Assembly: GCA_036172245.1 (NCBI GenBank)
Contig: JAYWIR010000013.1
Coordinates: 806,001-870,000 of the forward strand
DNA length: 64,000 nt
Direction of reading: 5' to 3'
From: Raillietiella orientalis
Taxonomy: Eukaryota
The notes below the pieces were generated by a model, which worked only from the letters and a program-made list of their open reading frames with translations, did no database searches and was not told where the DNA came from. Shown here one piece after another: positions 38,501-52,399 of the stretch. The number at the start of each line of letters is the position of its first letter. Position 1 is the stretch's first letter. A program made the translations under genes and the position numbers.

Positions 38501-39465
38501 CTTCCTGGATTCATAGGACGGACTCCCATCCCGGGGTGCCCCTATTCTGAAAAATTACACGCCTCCCCTGTGGAGTTATCGCAGGGGAGAGGCGTGGAAA
38601 CTAAACTGTCTTTAAAGAGGCACGTGTGCCGCGAGGCACGCGACCGGCTCTGAGGTACTTAGCGAACAGAAAAAAACTTTTTTTTTTAAAAAAAAGCTGG
38701 CTGGAAAACAGCGAAGGGGATCGAGGCGGAAGCCGTCCGGATGATACGGTGGCCTGAGGAAGGATAAGATTTGATTTTAAGTTAATTTTCTAAAGTTTAT
38801 GAGTGAAGTATAGTAATGGTTTATGTGAAGTAGTAGCCTCCAGGACTGGCACTTCCGGAGGCGCTCTCCGGAGGCGAGTAAATGGCAGGGGGCTCTATGA
38901 ATCCCAACCAAGGGCACCGCGTACTTCCCTGATTCGGTCCCCTTCCCACCGAGGACGGATAAGCACGCATGCCGGAAGCGAACCTGCGTGTCACATTGAC
39001 CTGGGAGTCGAACTAGATTGACCTCTGATCAGTCTCCCGGATGGCCATTGGTTCCTCGACTCTCGTGCCTCCGCGAGAGCAAAGACGGAAAGCGCAGCAG
39101 GGAACAGTTCAGTGCGTCCCCCTCTGGAAACGCCCCGGTGACAGCGGATGCTCTCATCGGCAGCCAGGAAGGAAAACGAGATTTCGTTTCCATCTTTTCC
39201 GACTGCCCACGAGCACATAATTCAACCGGTTCGATGGTCATCGGGGGGAGGCGAGGGAGATAAGGGGATTTCCGCAAGTGAGTCAGCAGGAGATCAAAAC
39301 TCTGGAAGGAGTTACTTGTAACGGAACACAGTCGAAAAGGAACTGCCGTCCCTGCGATCTCATCTCAGCTTCCCGTGACTCGATTGGTTTCCGGCAGTTT
39401 CTGCATTTTCCTGAGCGAGACGACGGCCTCGGTCGTGGACAGAAACCGCTGTGTCTTTGCCATAC

Positions 39466-39951
39466 TCATTTTCCGATTGCGTAGTTGGGGTGCAGGCATC
39501 GTTCACCACCTCCACTGCTGCCTGTAACAACTGACCAAATACTCGAACCTTTGGCAGTTCTCCAGACATGCGCGCCCAGATCGTATGTAAATACTTTCAT
39601 CACCTCCTCTGTTCTGGTGCTACACCGACACTCCATGATCACAGCCCTACTTCCCGTGGTTGACTCGTTCTCCATGACCACTCTCATCAACTCCCTATCC
39701 CCAGTCATTCCCAATTCCCCATGATCCTCCATCTCGTTAATGCCCGAAAGATCCCTCATCATCTCATGCACTACGTCGCTGACCTTTAATGAATAAACCC
39801 ACCCTTGGCCCGAACCACTAATTATAATCCTACTAGTGAGTTTATTACCCATCTTCCTCGTTAACCTCCCATAGTCTTTCACCTCCACAATATCAACAAA
39901 CATCATTCCGACTCGATACGGTCGGAAGTGCAAAAAGCAGAGGCCTAGCAA
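39466..39951 (-). other. Intronless unidentified ORF; possible RNA-virus-derived (EVE) fragment
   Basis: 161-codon Met/Glu/Val-rich ORF with IIISGSGQG (GxGxG-like) in non-GC-extreme DNA within the TE island; identity unproven. Confidence 0.3.
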
Positions 39952-42499
39952 CCCGCCCTTTCATCACTTCTCTGCGGTGCGATAGAGAAGAGCAGCAAGG
40001 GGTAGCGGTCCCATTTCTAATGACACTGGATGCCCGAAACGCTAAAGCACTCACCCATTAGGGAAGGATGCCATTAGCAGGGGTGGCGATCGTCAACAGA
40101 ACAAAAGCTCCCAGCAGAAGGCGATCACCTTGAGATGCATCTCATGATTCGGACGCTTTAGGGACCCACCTTGGTATCGCTGCATGAAATCTGCCGTCTC
40201 TATCAGGATACGGACCAGAGGTGGGCAACCCTTTCCAGGTTGGCGCACGGCGCGGAGTGTTGTCAGACGAAAATTTACAATCACGACGCGTCATTGGAAT
40301 GCTACCTTTGTGTCATTCATTCCTGGTACGGATCTCTTCGAAGACGAAACGACTCGAGGATAATCCTAGGCGACCTGGTGGGCACCCTAGAGGTGGGTAG
40401 TATTCCTCGCAACAGGGCGCAGGCTGCCCACTTTTGACCTAGACCGCGAGCATTCTGTTCCACAATGAGGAGGCTTGGAACCTCAAAGTTTCTGCCGCCG
40501 TTGCTTTGAATAGAATGGTGCCACCTTTTGCTTCAAAAACTGTTACCAAGGACCAGTATCACTTAGTTGGTTCCGAGCTACGTCAGAACCGACCTACGAC
40601 GGAGACGTTGGAACCCTGTCGCAAGTAGAGGACTACCACTGCTTGTCTCTCCGGCAGTGCTGTCTCGTATGGGCAGTGAATACTGGGAAAAAATACTCAG
40701 CTGCGAACTGCGGTGATTGCCGGTTTCATCGCGAATCTTTCCGTCCATTTCTTGGAAGCTCGCATCTCCCCCTTTAAACCCTGCAGGGTACTCAGAAACA
40801 CTGCTGTTAGGAGCAGCGTCCAGTACAAGGAGCGGATTTGTTTTTCGTTTTTTCTTTCAAAATCCTCACTCGCTGCGGCTCGAGAATTCGGGATCACGGT
40901 AAACCATCCTTCGAGGGTCTGAAGTGGAAGCTTGGAAGAAGCTCAGCGAGAGAATCCACGCAAACCCAGACAGGCAACATGGGCAAAAGGAAAAGCACTA
41001 CCCGATGCGGTGTTGCCTTTGAGAAGAAGAAACACGAGCGAGATGTTTTCCTCTTGCACTCCGCAGATGTCCTCGAACATGGAGCGAGACCACCGTACTT
41101 CAGCCACGCGGCTTGAACTTTGATCTCATCCGTCACTCAAGAAATGGAAGTGTGGTAGCTCCAAGGAAACCAGAGATGTTTCATGAGCCGTGCCGATTTT
41201 TCAAGAACCGAAAAGGTGAGGCTGTGTCCACGAGTTGCCGTTTTCGAATTTCTCTCTTTTCTCTCCCTCTTTCTGCTGTGCTGTGCGGAACTAGTTTTGC
41301 AATGGGATGGATGGACGGAAAGGAATTTCCCTCCGATAATCCAAAATCAGCATTCGTTCTGGTTTCATGACTGCACTTCACTGCTATTCTGCCACTTGGC
41401 GTGCGCGCGTTGGGAGAACAGGGAGGAGGAAAAATGCTCCTGTCGAGTTACACAGCAAAAGGGTGATATCCGAACCGTCCTGCCATCTGTTCGGCTCGAA
41501 GTGTACTATGCGCTCGACTCGGCAACATTGAGAGAGCGCGGTTGCACGGATTTCTGGATCCGGTGCTAGCAGCTTCCAAGATGCAACGCGAGAACCCTCG
41601 AGATACCGACGACGAGAGGAGGAGGGGGGATTACCATCTGGAACGGCGGACTGCAGCCGCTCCCGATCCGGAGTGGGGGCCCCCGCCCACAGTGCAACCC
41701 ACATCAAAACAACGGTCCGAAAACACGCAAACGTATTCCCAAACGCGTCATTGCCGAAACGTCCACGAGACGTACGAGACTTCAGAATGGTGAATCCTAT
41801 GCATGCCCGAAACCCGATCTTCGCCAAAAAAAAAAAAAAAGAGGAAAGGCGGCAGATGCATCCGAAAGCGAAATCCAAAGCGCCAACATGGGAGACGCTC
41901 AAGAGGGAAAACAACGTGGGATTGTCTGCTGCTTCGTCGAGTCTTAAGGAGACGACGAAAATCGAATTGCGTTCGTGCGGGGAAGAGATCCGATCATTAG
42001 CGCGAGTAAGGTCACTCGGTTCCCCCCTTCTCCAGTCGTCATCAACAACCGTCGAGATCCAAGTACTTGTCGCCTGTCGTCCCGTTTCAAGACACGGGGC
42101 ACGCTGCTGATCTGAGCTCGGAATGAGGGAAGGGGTGCTTGGGAACGCGCGCCCGGCGGGAGAAGCTCATTTTCGTATTGAGCGGCGGCGTGCTGGTTTC
42201 ATGCACGGAGCTGGAAAAGTGGGAGGGAGTCTGAGAGTGATTAAAGTGGGAGCCGAAACCTCCTGACGATGATTCAGAGGCTTCACCTCACCCGAAAGAT
42301 TCTTATCGTATCTTTGCCTCTTCCTCAGCAGATGCAAGAGAGATTCGCAAACTCTTTGGCGCTGGCAACCATTTTGGTGGCTTATCGTCGTTCGGTATGC
42401 AAAGTGTCCCTTCGAAGCTGTATCATTCTTCTTTGGAATGATCGTAGAGGAACGATAAGAATTTGAATGCAGACAGGCAGTCGAAAGAAGAAAAGAGAA

Positions 42500-42870
42500 G
42501 AAGAAAAAAAAAAAAAAAAAAAGAGCTGAGATGTAAGGAAACCACAGAAATGAGGACACGGAAGTCTCGGTTCCTCATGGCGAATTCTCCGGCTTCTGCG
42601 GAGGTTGTCAGCGAGATGTGGGCACTCCCAAATCCAATGCTTCATATTTCGTCGCCGGAGCGAACACAGCGGGCAGTTGCCGGTCTCCTGGCAACGCACG
42701 GCAACGGATTTTTCGAAACGGCATTTTCGTCGGCAGGGTTTTCGTACTGGACCTCACACTCCGTCGAAAGAAGTCCGTCCTGCAAGAGCAGGGGGCGCGA
42801 ACCTTTTGAGGGACCGCGAACGTGTGCACTCGGGTCAAAGGAAAGATCCCCCGGTCGCGTTCGGTAGCCG
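42500..42870 (-). mobile_element. Non-LTR retrotransposon C-terminal CCHC remnant (R1/I-like)
   Basis: GNCPLCS..MKHWIWECPHLADNLR matches the CxxC..H...CP....R C-terminal motif of non-LTR ORF2 proteins. Confidence 0.55.
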
Positions 42871-43649
42871 TGGCTTGGTGCTGATCGATCGGAGGAAACC
42901 CTTTAAAGAGTAGCCGCGCTCTCTTTTACGGTAATTAAGAACCAAATTTGGACTTCCATTCTGTAAACCTGATCCATAAGCACAAGTTTTCCCATTGCCT
43001 GATTATTCATGCCCACCAACTTGATTCAAGCATTGGAAAAAAGGAAGAAAAAAAGTTACGCACGAATAGTAGATACGAATCCTCTTATGTTTTTCATTTT
43101 TTTTTTTTTTTTACGTTTCCTTCTTGTTCTCAGGGTTTTCGTTCAGCTGCGGCTGTCTGTCTGCCAGTGGCGTGATTTGACAGACGGCTCTCCAGCGCAA
43201 GAACATCCTTCCGAGCTACGTCTCAAGTCACGACTTTTTGAAAAGCGACGCGCCGTGTGCAAAGCAAGTGGGAAAACAACGTGGAGTTTATTCGGTGAAC
43301 CGCGTCATTCTGAGGGCAACCCGTATCCTGCTTTCGGAAAGGAACTCTAGGAAGACAACCCATGTTTGCACATCTTTGCCCCTATTTTGTTCCGTACTCC
43401 ATTTTTCTTTCTTTCTTTTCTTTCCAATTTTGTGTTCAGTTTGTTGGACTATTTCGATCACTGCATGCCCCGAATTACTTTTCGAAGGGGACCCGGAGTG
43501 GTTTCCAGATTCCATCCGGCAACCTGTGTTTTAGAGTATCCGAACGAGACGTTCTTCGTCAAGGTGAGGCGCTCCTTCTCATTCAGCAGCCTGCACACCC
43601 ACCTTGCAAAAAGCAAAGTCTTGCCTATCCTCCCTTCCTAGGCAGTGGC

Positions 43650-45100
43650 GGCGGCAATGTTTTTGTCGCATGTCCGTGAAACCCTCAGGGGCACTGCAGC
43701 TTGTCCACCACATGGTTTCCGATCTTTGATCTCCGCCGAACCGCATGTGCCACCTTGCATGCAGGCTCCGTCCGTCCCCCCGTCCCCCCATCCAGCTGGT
43801 TACGTCTCGCTGGTACTTGAAGTTATCCTTGAGAGACTCGCACGAGAGCGCCGGGGTTCAGTTCCTTTTGTTTTTGTGGATTCTGCTCCCCCCAGCGCAT
43901 GCACTCCATCATGTCGGACGCCTCTAGGTGCTGAGTCGCATCGGCGTCTTTCCTGTTAAAGAATCCGCAAGAGCCATCCAGTGAGGTTTGCAGGATAATG
44001 CTGGATTTGTGAAATGCAGTTGCCCGTGGAACAGACACATTTGTCGGGGATCACTTAGAGAGCAAGTTTCCCTCACGGGGGCACATGATGCCTCTTCCAA
44101 GCACAAACAGGCAGTCGATGACTGATTGGATCGAGATTTTTCTCTCCCTCTTTCCTCTCCATCTTCATGATTTCTGGGGGCGTATCATCCGAAAAGAGTG
44201 GGTTTTCATTGTCAGGGATACCACCTTGTCCCCAGCCTGCTTTTGTTCCGTCCTCCGGTGGAGTTTCCATTCCCCGATGTCCTCTCTCCTCCTGGGGTCT
44301 GCGAATTCCTCCTCCCCCTCCTCCGCTTCCTAACCGTGCAAGCCGATCCGGAGTGGAGCCTTCGACGCGCTCCATGGACAATGGTCCTTCTTCGCTTTGC
44401 CGCCAATGTCATGCACGTCCCGGTTCACTCCACTTGTGATGCCTTCGTATATGTTTCTTTCTTCTTCTTCTTCCCTTTTTGTTTCCAGTCCGAATGTTCG
44501 CGCTTATCTGGTGGTGTTGCACTGCTGCCCGTAGAACACAAACGTCCGCATTTCGAAAGAGATCCGGGCCACCATGCTTATCTTTCCAGCTATCTGGAAC
44601 TGTTTGATGCTCGTCTGAGTGAAGTCTCAAGTGGATGGGAACTATAAAAAACTCAACATCTGTCAGGTACAGAAGTTTGTTCCGATAATCAGAATAATGG
44701 TTCTTGGTACATAAAAAACCTGTTTGTACAGCCTGTTATCCACCCAAAGGCATACAAGGAATACAGAAACGTTGCTGTCCTTCCTTGCCAGTTGGGGTTG
44801 ACGCGATCTACCTTCGTCGCGGGCTCTGTGCTTCGTCCTGTTCCCCAGCTCTTTCGTTAGCCGAGTGGTCCTTCAGCATCCGGCGTTTCTTGAGATCGAG
44901 TCGATCCTTTAGAAGATTGAACGAGCGGAGACCTGACTCAAGCGCGCCTCCGCTTGCAACAGGAAGCTGAAGAAGATCTTGTTCGTCGCGGGCGACCCTC
45001 CTTGGGGTGTCCAACGAATCTCCTTCCCTTTTGTTTCTGAGATTTCTCGTTGAACACCTTCGGACAGTTCGAGGTTCCTTCGATTTTCAAACAAGTCGGA
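43650..45100 (-). mobile_element. Decayed Ty3/Gypsy integrase region
   Basis: Frameshifted YRNKLLY..IVPIHLRL..AWWPG..FVFYGQQC (zinc-binding domain-like), KPHWMALADSLTGK, ELNPGALVRV and NHVVDKL occur in the order expected for a Gypsy integrase. Confidence 0.5.
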
Positions 45101-46959
45101 CGTCCTGCTGCATTGGTTCCAAGAGGTTTCTAGGCTGCACCGCGAGTCCCCTGATCCCGTGGGACACTCTGGAATTGATGTTGAATGCCATCGACAATAC
45201 GCTCTTTGAATGTGCTCCCGAAATTCATAGTTGGCACAGCTAGTAACTACACTGCAGATTCATGTGATACTGGTGGCTTTCCTTTTCCCCACTTCTTTCT
45301 CAATCGTAAATTTGAAATCCACAACGAGAGCCTCTTCGGTTCATAAGGTTGGGAGTCTTCCTACTGAGTCAGAAGCGTTCCTGCAAGAGCGGCTGTTCTC
45401 CAGCCCCGAGATGGTCAGTCTGCCGCCGGCGAGCCACGTGTGGGGCGAAATAGGGAAGCCATCTGTGGCATGAGAAGTCTTTTGCATATCTCACATGCGA
45501 CTTTGCAACCGAAAACCCACTCTTCATGAAACACTAGCGCGTTAATCTAGCACTTCCCACATGTGAAAGCAGATGGTGTGGATCCGTCGTGAGCAGCTAA
45601 CCGTTGCACGAGAACTTTCCGTCACACGAAGCGTCTTGCCATTCCGCCTGAAGGAGTTATTGGAGTGAGTGAGTGAGTTTTTGGAGGAAGCCGTGAAGTA
45701 TAAAAGTGTGTGCAAGAAGTGTACTGAACATCCGTGTCTTTTGGTTGTAGAGCCCTTAGAGACTTTCAGCACAGTACTGCTGATTTATGCAACGAGACCT
45801 TCCAAGAAAAGAAAAAAAATGACACTAGTAATAGGAATTCGCGTATTTGGGCATCGGAAGTGCAATTCTCCTTGCACCCGAGCATTTTTCCTTCTCACAA
45901 GTAATACAAAAAGTCGTATACATGACTTGCAATGGATCCGTTGCAACGACGGGGGGAGAAAAAAAATTCAACGCGGAGGAGCGTTCTACAACAAGAGCTC
46001 AAAAAATCTTACCGGTGAAGCTCCAAACAGCGGATTACTGAGGCTTCATTGGGAGCTGCAATGTTTTTTGCCTCCTCTCCACAACTGCTTTGTTTCATGT
46101 TTTTTGCAAGCGGAACTGTCCACCTCTTCGGCTCATTTTCCCTTGAGCCCGTCCACAGGACTGACCACAAGAGAATAGTTGAACAGTTGCGCCGGAGAAA
46201 TTGGTGAGCATTCACAAAGCGTAAGAAAAGTTGGGTTAAAAACAATAATAATAATAAAAAGGTCTATCGTAAATTTTAAACTCCGGCATTCTCTGCCTTA
46301 AATTCCCTGGGTTGCGACCCGCGATACACTTTTCAAACGACCCGCTGCAAATTTCTGGAACAGGAATGCTGAGACGAAAACGTCACCCACCCCTGCCTAT
46401 AACTCGCTCCAGAAATATCTTATTAAGATGATGTCGTCCTTATCGACTCGGTAAGCAAACCACGGGACTGCTGACTCATTGGAAAAAATCATTGCTGTAG
46501 ACTAATAGAGATCGTTTTTACCGTTTCCACTGATTCCACATGGATTTGAACGATCATTTAGAAACGGATCTGTCACGCAACAAGAGATCCTCTGCTTGTT
46601 CTTCATCTCTCGGAAGTGCCTCCTTCAGATTCCTGCTTCCCTTGTTCTCTCCCTACGGGTCACCCTTAAGGCCAGCTGTTAGGTTTAACCGTCTTCCTTC
46701 AATTTCCGTTCTAGTGACCACTTTTCTCCAGCCTTTCTAGCGCTCACTTATGACAGTGATTTCAGGACCAAGTGCATGATGAATCAGTTTTGGCACATGA
46801 GCAAAATACTTTCGTGTGAGTTGTATCTTCGTCTGCTAGCTCCAAAGTGTACACCTTAATAGCTGTATCTTATCTGAACGTGTACTGAGAATAGTAATGC
46901 ATAATGCGGACTACAATCATAAAAATTACAAAAACATGGAATGATTTTTTCTTACACTT

Positions 46960-47785
46960 TCTTCATCCAAAATGGGTTCAAAATGGAATCCACCTGACTC
47001 CATACGTTGCTTGGTGCGAGATCCAACCTCTGCATAGAACTGGCGTAGTCCTTCACGGGGCTCTCCTTCAACGGCTCTGTCACAGCTACCTCAATATCCC
47101 TGATGGTGTCAAATCGAACCCCCTTCAGCTACAATTTCGTTTTGGGGAGCAGGAAATGGTTGAAGCGAGACAAATCAGGGTGAGTACGGGGGATGGTCCC
47201 CGCCGAGATCTGTTTTCGAGCCAAAAACCCGCGTGACTCATTGCCCTCGTGACAGAGCGCGCGGGACGAATCACAGCTTTTGTTTCTTCCAATCTTCGTG
47301 CGAAAGGCCTAGCACCACGGTCTTCGGCATGCCGAGAGTTTACACCATCATTCGAGAGGTCAGTCGTCCATCCTCTTTGAGCAGTTCTGGCAATGCAACT
47401 GTCGGTTCTCATTGCTGCCGGGCGACCACTGTGTTTCAGCGTCTTTCAGCACCGTCTTCCGCCTTGAAGCCGCGCGTGACACCGAAAGATGTTTGAACGA
47501 TCCATGGCTTCCTCGTCCGCGTAAGCCTTTCGAACCAGTGGCACTGCGTCCGTACCAACACCTTCTTTCTTCACGTCCATCTCGAAATTTTGACAAGAGG
47601 GAAAAAACATAAGTTGCGCGAAACGTCTTTTCTTGACCACCACTATTCACACACTCACGCCGCTCTGTATACTATTTAAGGAAGGCACATGGTACTACAT
47701 GGGCCCTCTGTGCACCGGTACGTGGAGTGACCAGTGCGGCTGTAAGAAATTCAGTCCTAAAACTTATGGATACCACACTGTGTGT
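46960..47785 (-). mobile_element. Internally deleted mariner transposon
   Basis: The N-terminal HTH (KAYADEEAMDRSNIFRCHARLQGGR..SGRP..EDGRLTSRMM) is joined almost directly to the C-terminus (HPPYS/PDL..FLLPK..RFDTIRDIEVAVTE..GGFHFE); frameshifts and stops. TIR-like CAGTCCTAAAACTTATGGATACCAC at ~47752-47776. Confidence 0.85.
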
Positions 47786-49885
47786 AACTGCTGAGAAGAA
47801 CGGTGTTCGTATTAGCAACAGAGTTTTCGCCCGCTGTGTAGCTTTTGTTTCCTTCGTGGCAACAGAAGTTCATGACATGCACAAGTCTTCCACCAATCTT
47901 TTCTCCAGTATGTCATGGAAGGATCACGGCAAATGCAGTTCTCGTGAATCTGTTGAAAGGATGATTAAGCGATGTTTGTAAAAGAATCTTCAAGAAGCAA
48001 ATAGTGGATGGATGTACTTGCCCCATACCAAGCAAGTATGGTAAATGTGCCTGCATAAGCAGATGAAATTTTCATGGATCACAGGATGAAATAAATCGCT
48101 TTTCATTATAATCGAAACGGTCTGCTGGCTCGTTTGCTTAACTTGGAACTTGAAGGAGAATTCTAGGGGAGCAAGTTTCCAGAGAACTCAAAATGATTTA
48201 TAAAAGTGCTTCCAGAAACGTACGTAGAGACCAATGGATAACTCAACTTCGCATTACATGTAGGCAAATTTGTTTTGCCTTTTCTCTTTTGAAAAGTGCC
48301 AGCAGGCTGAGATCTCTCATATAGTGAATGTTGCTCAAACGCTGGATGCATAAATATAAATTGAACAGCGAGCAACAAGATCAAGCAGAAAGGAAATTCC
48401 TAAGAACTGTTTGATTCATTGGAGGCCATATTAGCATGCTAGGGTGCAGTAATGATTTTCCAGAATTTAACTGGATGTGTGGAGCTCCAAATGGTAGCAT
48501 TAACAGACAACACTAGTTTTGGATATCTCTTGCATCCAAAACAAGCCAATCATAATTTAGTTGAAAAAAAAAATGTATCCCAATTTGCATTGGTAGCTAC
48601 TGACCTTCAAAAAATTTTCATTAACCTCTCATTTTTCATACCTTGTTTGCATTCCTCATAAGCAAACACTTTTTGGTTCGTGCTCTCAACTGTGTGTATG
48701 GTTCCATTGGACAACTTTCTTGATCAAGTGTCGATCCCAAGCCCTTTTACTCCATATAACCACTCCATTCACATAATAAGCGGTTCTAAAATTGTCTTGC
48801 ATATGCTTGCTTCACAAACTGCTCCGAGTGCTCCACACGTGCTTTTTGTTTTTCGCGTTTCAGATACAAAATGGTCTCAACTTAGCAGCACAGTACAAAT
48901 TCATGACCAAATCTTTTCATAAATGCATCTAAAATGTTGAATTCTGGTTGGTTGCCTTACCATTCTCATTAATGACTGTTACCATGCATTACCAGTTTTT
49001 ACAATTTTTCTCTCTCATTTTCCTCCAAGAATGTCTCCGAATTCTTAGATTCCTCCAATTGCTTCTTAATATACAATTGACCATTACTTACAACTGGAAC
49101 ATTTACATTCATGTGGAAATTATTAGCCTGTCATGGAGTGACAAGTTGGTGCTTTCCTGATTGTAGAATTATTAAAGAGATAAGAGCTACTATCTCAAAT
49201 GGTTTATATCGAGCATTTTTTAAGATCTTTGCATCGCAGTTTTGACTAACTTGCACTAGTTTTGTTACAGTGATTCTCCTGGTTCTCAGGCCAACTGGTT
49301 TACTGGTAGGCATTATCCAAAAAATGCCTGCTTCAGAAGGTATAACCTGAATGCTCTGTTGCTAAAATCTAATGGACTCGAGCACACCTTTTGAAATTCA
49401 GTACCGAATAATGAAACTACCATCTATGAATTTGCAAAGCATTTTTGTTTGCATTTATTCTGAAAAATTAAAATGGAGGTATATTATGACAACTGGATGT
49501 ATAAACATTTTTCAGTTACAACAGTTATACACAAACAATATTTTATAAAATTACTACACAGATCAGTTTGCAACTAATTTACTTCACAGTTCGAATTTAT
49601 AAAAACACAATCTCTGAAACTCAAAAACCACATGCATCACATTCTATACAATCCACACTTCTGAGTAAGGCTTTACAAGCGCATTCTCGCAGCTACATTC
49701 TTGCTTCTGGAGTTTCATGCTGCTACCATGCAAAAAAGGATTTTTGAAATACTGTCTTTATCCACGCTTATTCTGTGCATAAAGTACTTTCCTAAGATTC
49801 ACCATTATGTTCTAAAACTTATCAGTAAACTCAGTTCACATTCATGAAGAATGCAAGGTCAGAGATGTTTCTCATGGGCAAACTA

Positions 49886-51560
49886 CTAAGAATTCTTGAG
49901 TGGCACAAAATGTTTTTGCACATTAGAAACAGGCCACTGTATACCAAAACTAGTCACCAAAACCTTGGGCAAGGCAATCTCACATATAAAAATTTTTCCA
50001 ACAGATGATGTGTAAGCAAAAGGTAGAAATGGTACCAAAGACCATGTTGCATCCACCTGAACCCCTTGTGGAGGAGGATCTAGGCAAAGAATAGGAGCCT
50101 TAATACTGGCACACCAGTCTGTAAGAGCCTGTAACCAGGCAGGAGATTCAGTGTCATTCTCATGTCCTTCTAATGCAACTACAACCAGATCCACTGATTT
50201 CTTGGGAAGTGCTGCACACAAGACATTCAAACATAATTACTAACACCAACTTACCCAGAACAGATGAGGTGAGTACTCCTTCAGTTAATCTATATAGATT
50301 CAGCTCCACAGAAAGCCACATACCACCTATACTATTATTATCTGGCATAAACACACAAGTGGAGATTCCAGATGACATCAAGTGCCGAGCACAACTCAGA
50401 CCCATAGCACCCTGTAAAGTCAGACTACATAGCACTACCACTTGTGAAGGCTTTTGTGGTTTCTGAACATGACAAAGCAACTACAGAGTTCATTACCCTA
50501 ATCAATATGAACTCACCAAATGCAAGACCAAATCCAATGATACCTGACCCATAGTCTCAAGTAGTCTCTCTGCACCAAAACCATACCTAGCTGCCTCCAG
50601 AAACAGCTGCTCACGAATATCTTTGGAAATGCATGGAATAGGGATCTCTGAATCTGAATCTAATTGCACGACATACTATTTAAAAGTCATGTGCCTGCAT
50701 TTACCAGCTACTAAAAATCGATTTCTATCATTTAGAACGTTTAGAGGATCCTCAAAAGCTTTTTTCTGTTCTTTTGGTGTAGTTTTTCTTCCACTTGACT
50801 GCTGAACTACATCTGGCTGTTGAGCAGCATCAATTTCATCAAATACGGCCTACCTCCACATTAAAAATTTTTTACCACAACCTGAGTTACCTGCTTATCA
50901 AACAAAGCCAAGTTTTTTTCAAAATCAAATTCAATGTTCCAAAAGCTTTCCACTGGATCACAAAAGCATAGTTTATCCTGAAGCAGACGTTGTCTTCGTG
51001 CTGCTTCCTTTTTTGAAGGCATTCGTGCAACTCCTTTTAATATAAATCATTATAACTTTAAGAAAGTTAATGGAGGTGTGAAGAACTATGTCATTCAAGC
51101 AAGCACTACTTAGACATAACAGTAACACTTACTAGATGTATCTGCGTATTTTTTTGACACCTCTTTTTTTGAATGTATATTTCTTCCCTGGCTGTAATTG
51201 TTTAGTGCGGGATACGAGCGCTTGTTAGGAGCACCATAGAGCTGCGATTTGTTGCCTACAGCCTCATGCTGAATGTTGCCCTCATCTGGCAAATGCAAAA
51301 TCTGAATATTTACAACATTGAGAATTCTGAAATCAGACATTTGCTATCCCAGTTGTCAACATGTACAGAATTCTTTCAGAATATCAAGGTGATACTTACT
51401 TGATACGAATCTCAGGTTCATTACAAGGATTCCCATTATGGAAAGCCTGGCTCAAAACAATAACTCTGTGTACGTAATCTAAATTTTGTATCTTTCCTTG
51501 ATAATGACCAAGAGTCTCACCACAATACATTGTGACATACTGACCCACGTATTTTTCCAT
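49886..51560 (-). CDS. EDC3: Enhancer of mRNA decapping protein 3 (LSm + FDF + YjeF_N)
   Basis: N-terminal LSm (MEKYVGQYVTMYCGETLGHYQGKI..LSQAFHNG), FDF motif IEFDFEKNLALFDKQ|AVFDEID (~50830-50940) and YjeF_N (VVVLC..QGAMGLSCARHL..VDLVVVAL..APILCLDPP). Short GT-AG introns. Confidence 0.93.
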
Positions 51561-52399
51561 CACACTTAACTGAATTTCATTAAACACTGTTCATTATCAC
51601 TAGCATCTTCCAGATACTAAATAACAGTTGAAATGGTGATTGCTTACTTTCAGTATCTGTCTGTAAAGACAACATTGTTATAAAATGAAAAGCATCAATC
51701 ATTCATTCACATGATTGGTTTATACTACTGTTTGCATGAGTTTACAGTAAGGATGGCTGGTAAAACCACAAAACGCATCACATGGCGAGAAACTCATCTA
51801 CCACTATTGTAATATAATTAGAATCACATACAGTCATTCATAAATTTTTATCGTAATCATAATTTTTATACTAATTTAACGGTTAATTTATTAACGTCAA
51901 TGGAGCCATATGTTACCATGACTTCTGAGGATGTTCACACTGATCACACAAATAACACCGCATTGGCTTCCAAGATTCACGCATCACTTCAATGTACACC
52001 AAGTACGTTATTCCCTTCCCCAGGTTTAGCGAGGTCTACTCTGGCATTCATAAATTCGGAGAAGTAAGGGCTGGACCGTTCGATTTCGAAATCGGGAAAA
52101 AAGCAGCATTTCTTCCGAACTCGAACCGAATCTTTTCGAATGAATTCACTCCTAGGAAGCAACATTTCCAACATTCCTCAAAAACAGGAGCCCAAGTCCG
52201 TTGCCTGCCGTTCCCCATTCCTTTCCAAGATGAAAAAAACTATCCACATCCAGCCTACGCGCTTTCGGAAACTTTGCACACATTCTAATATGAAGCAACG
52301 ACAAGGCTTTCTCGTGGGAAGCACCCAAGCAACATTAATTATCTTTAGCGAGCTGCTAGTTCATTAAAGCAAATAATTCGGATTTTTTATTTACGGGTA

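Noticed and set aside
17000..38600. Dozens of long overlapping ORFs (up to 440 aa) in all six frames
   Set aside because: Arg/Pro/Gly/Ser-rich translations with no domains are expected from stop-codon scarcity in GC-rich DNA; they are better explained as decayed LINEs.
41600..41790. Tc1-like fragments GGGGITIW and GAPAHSA
   Set aside because: Too short and closely spaced to call without a profile search.
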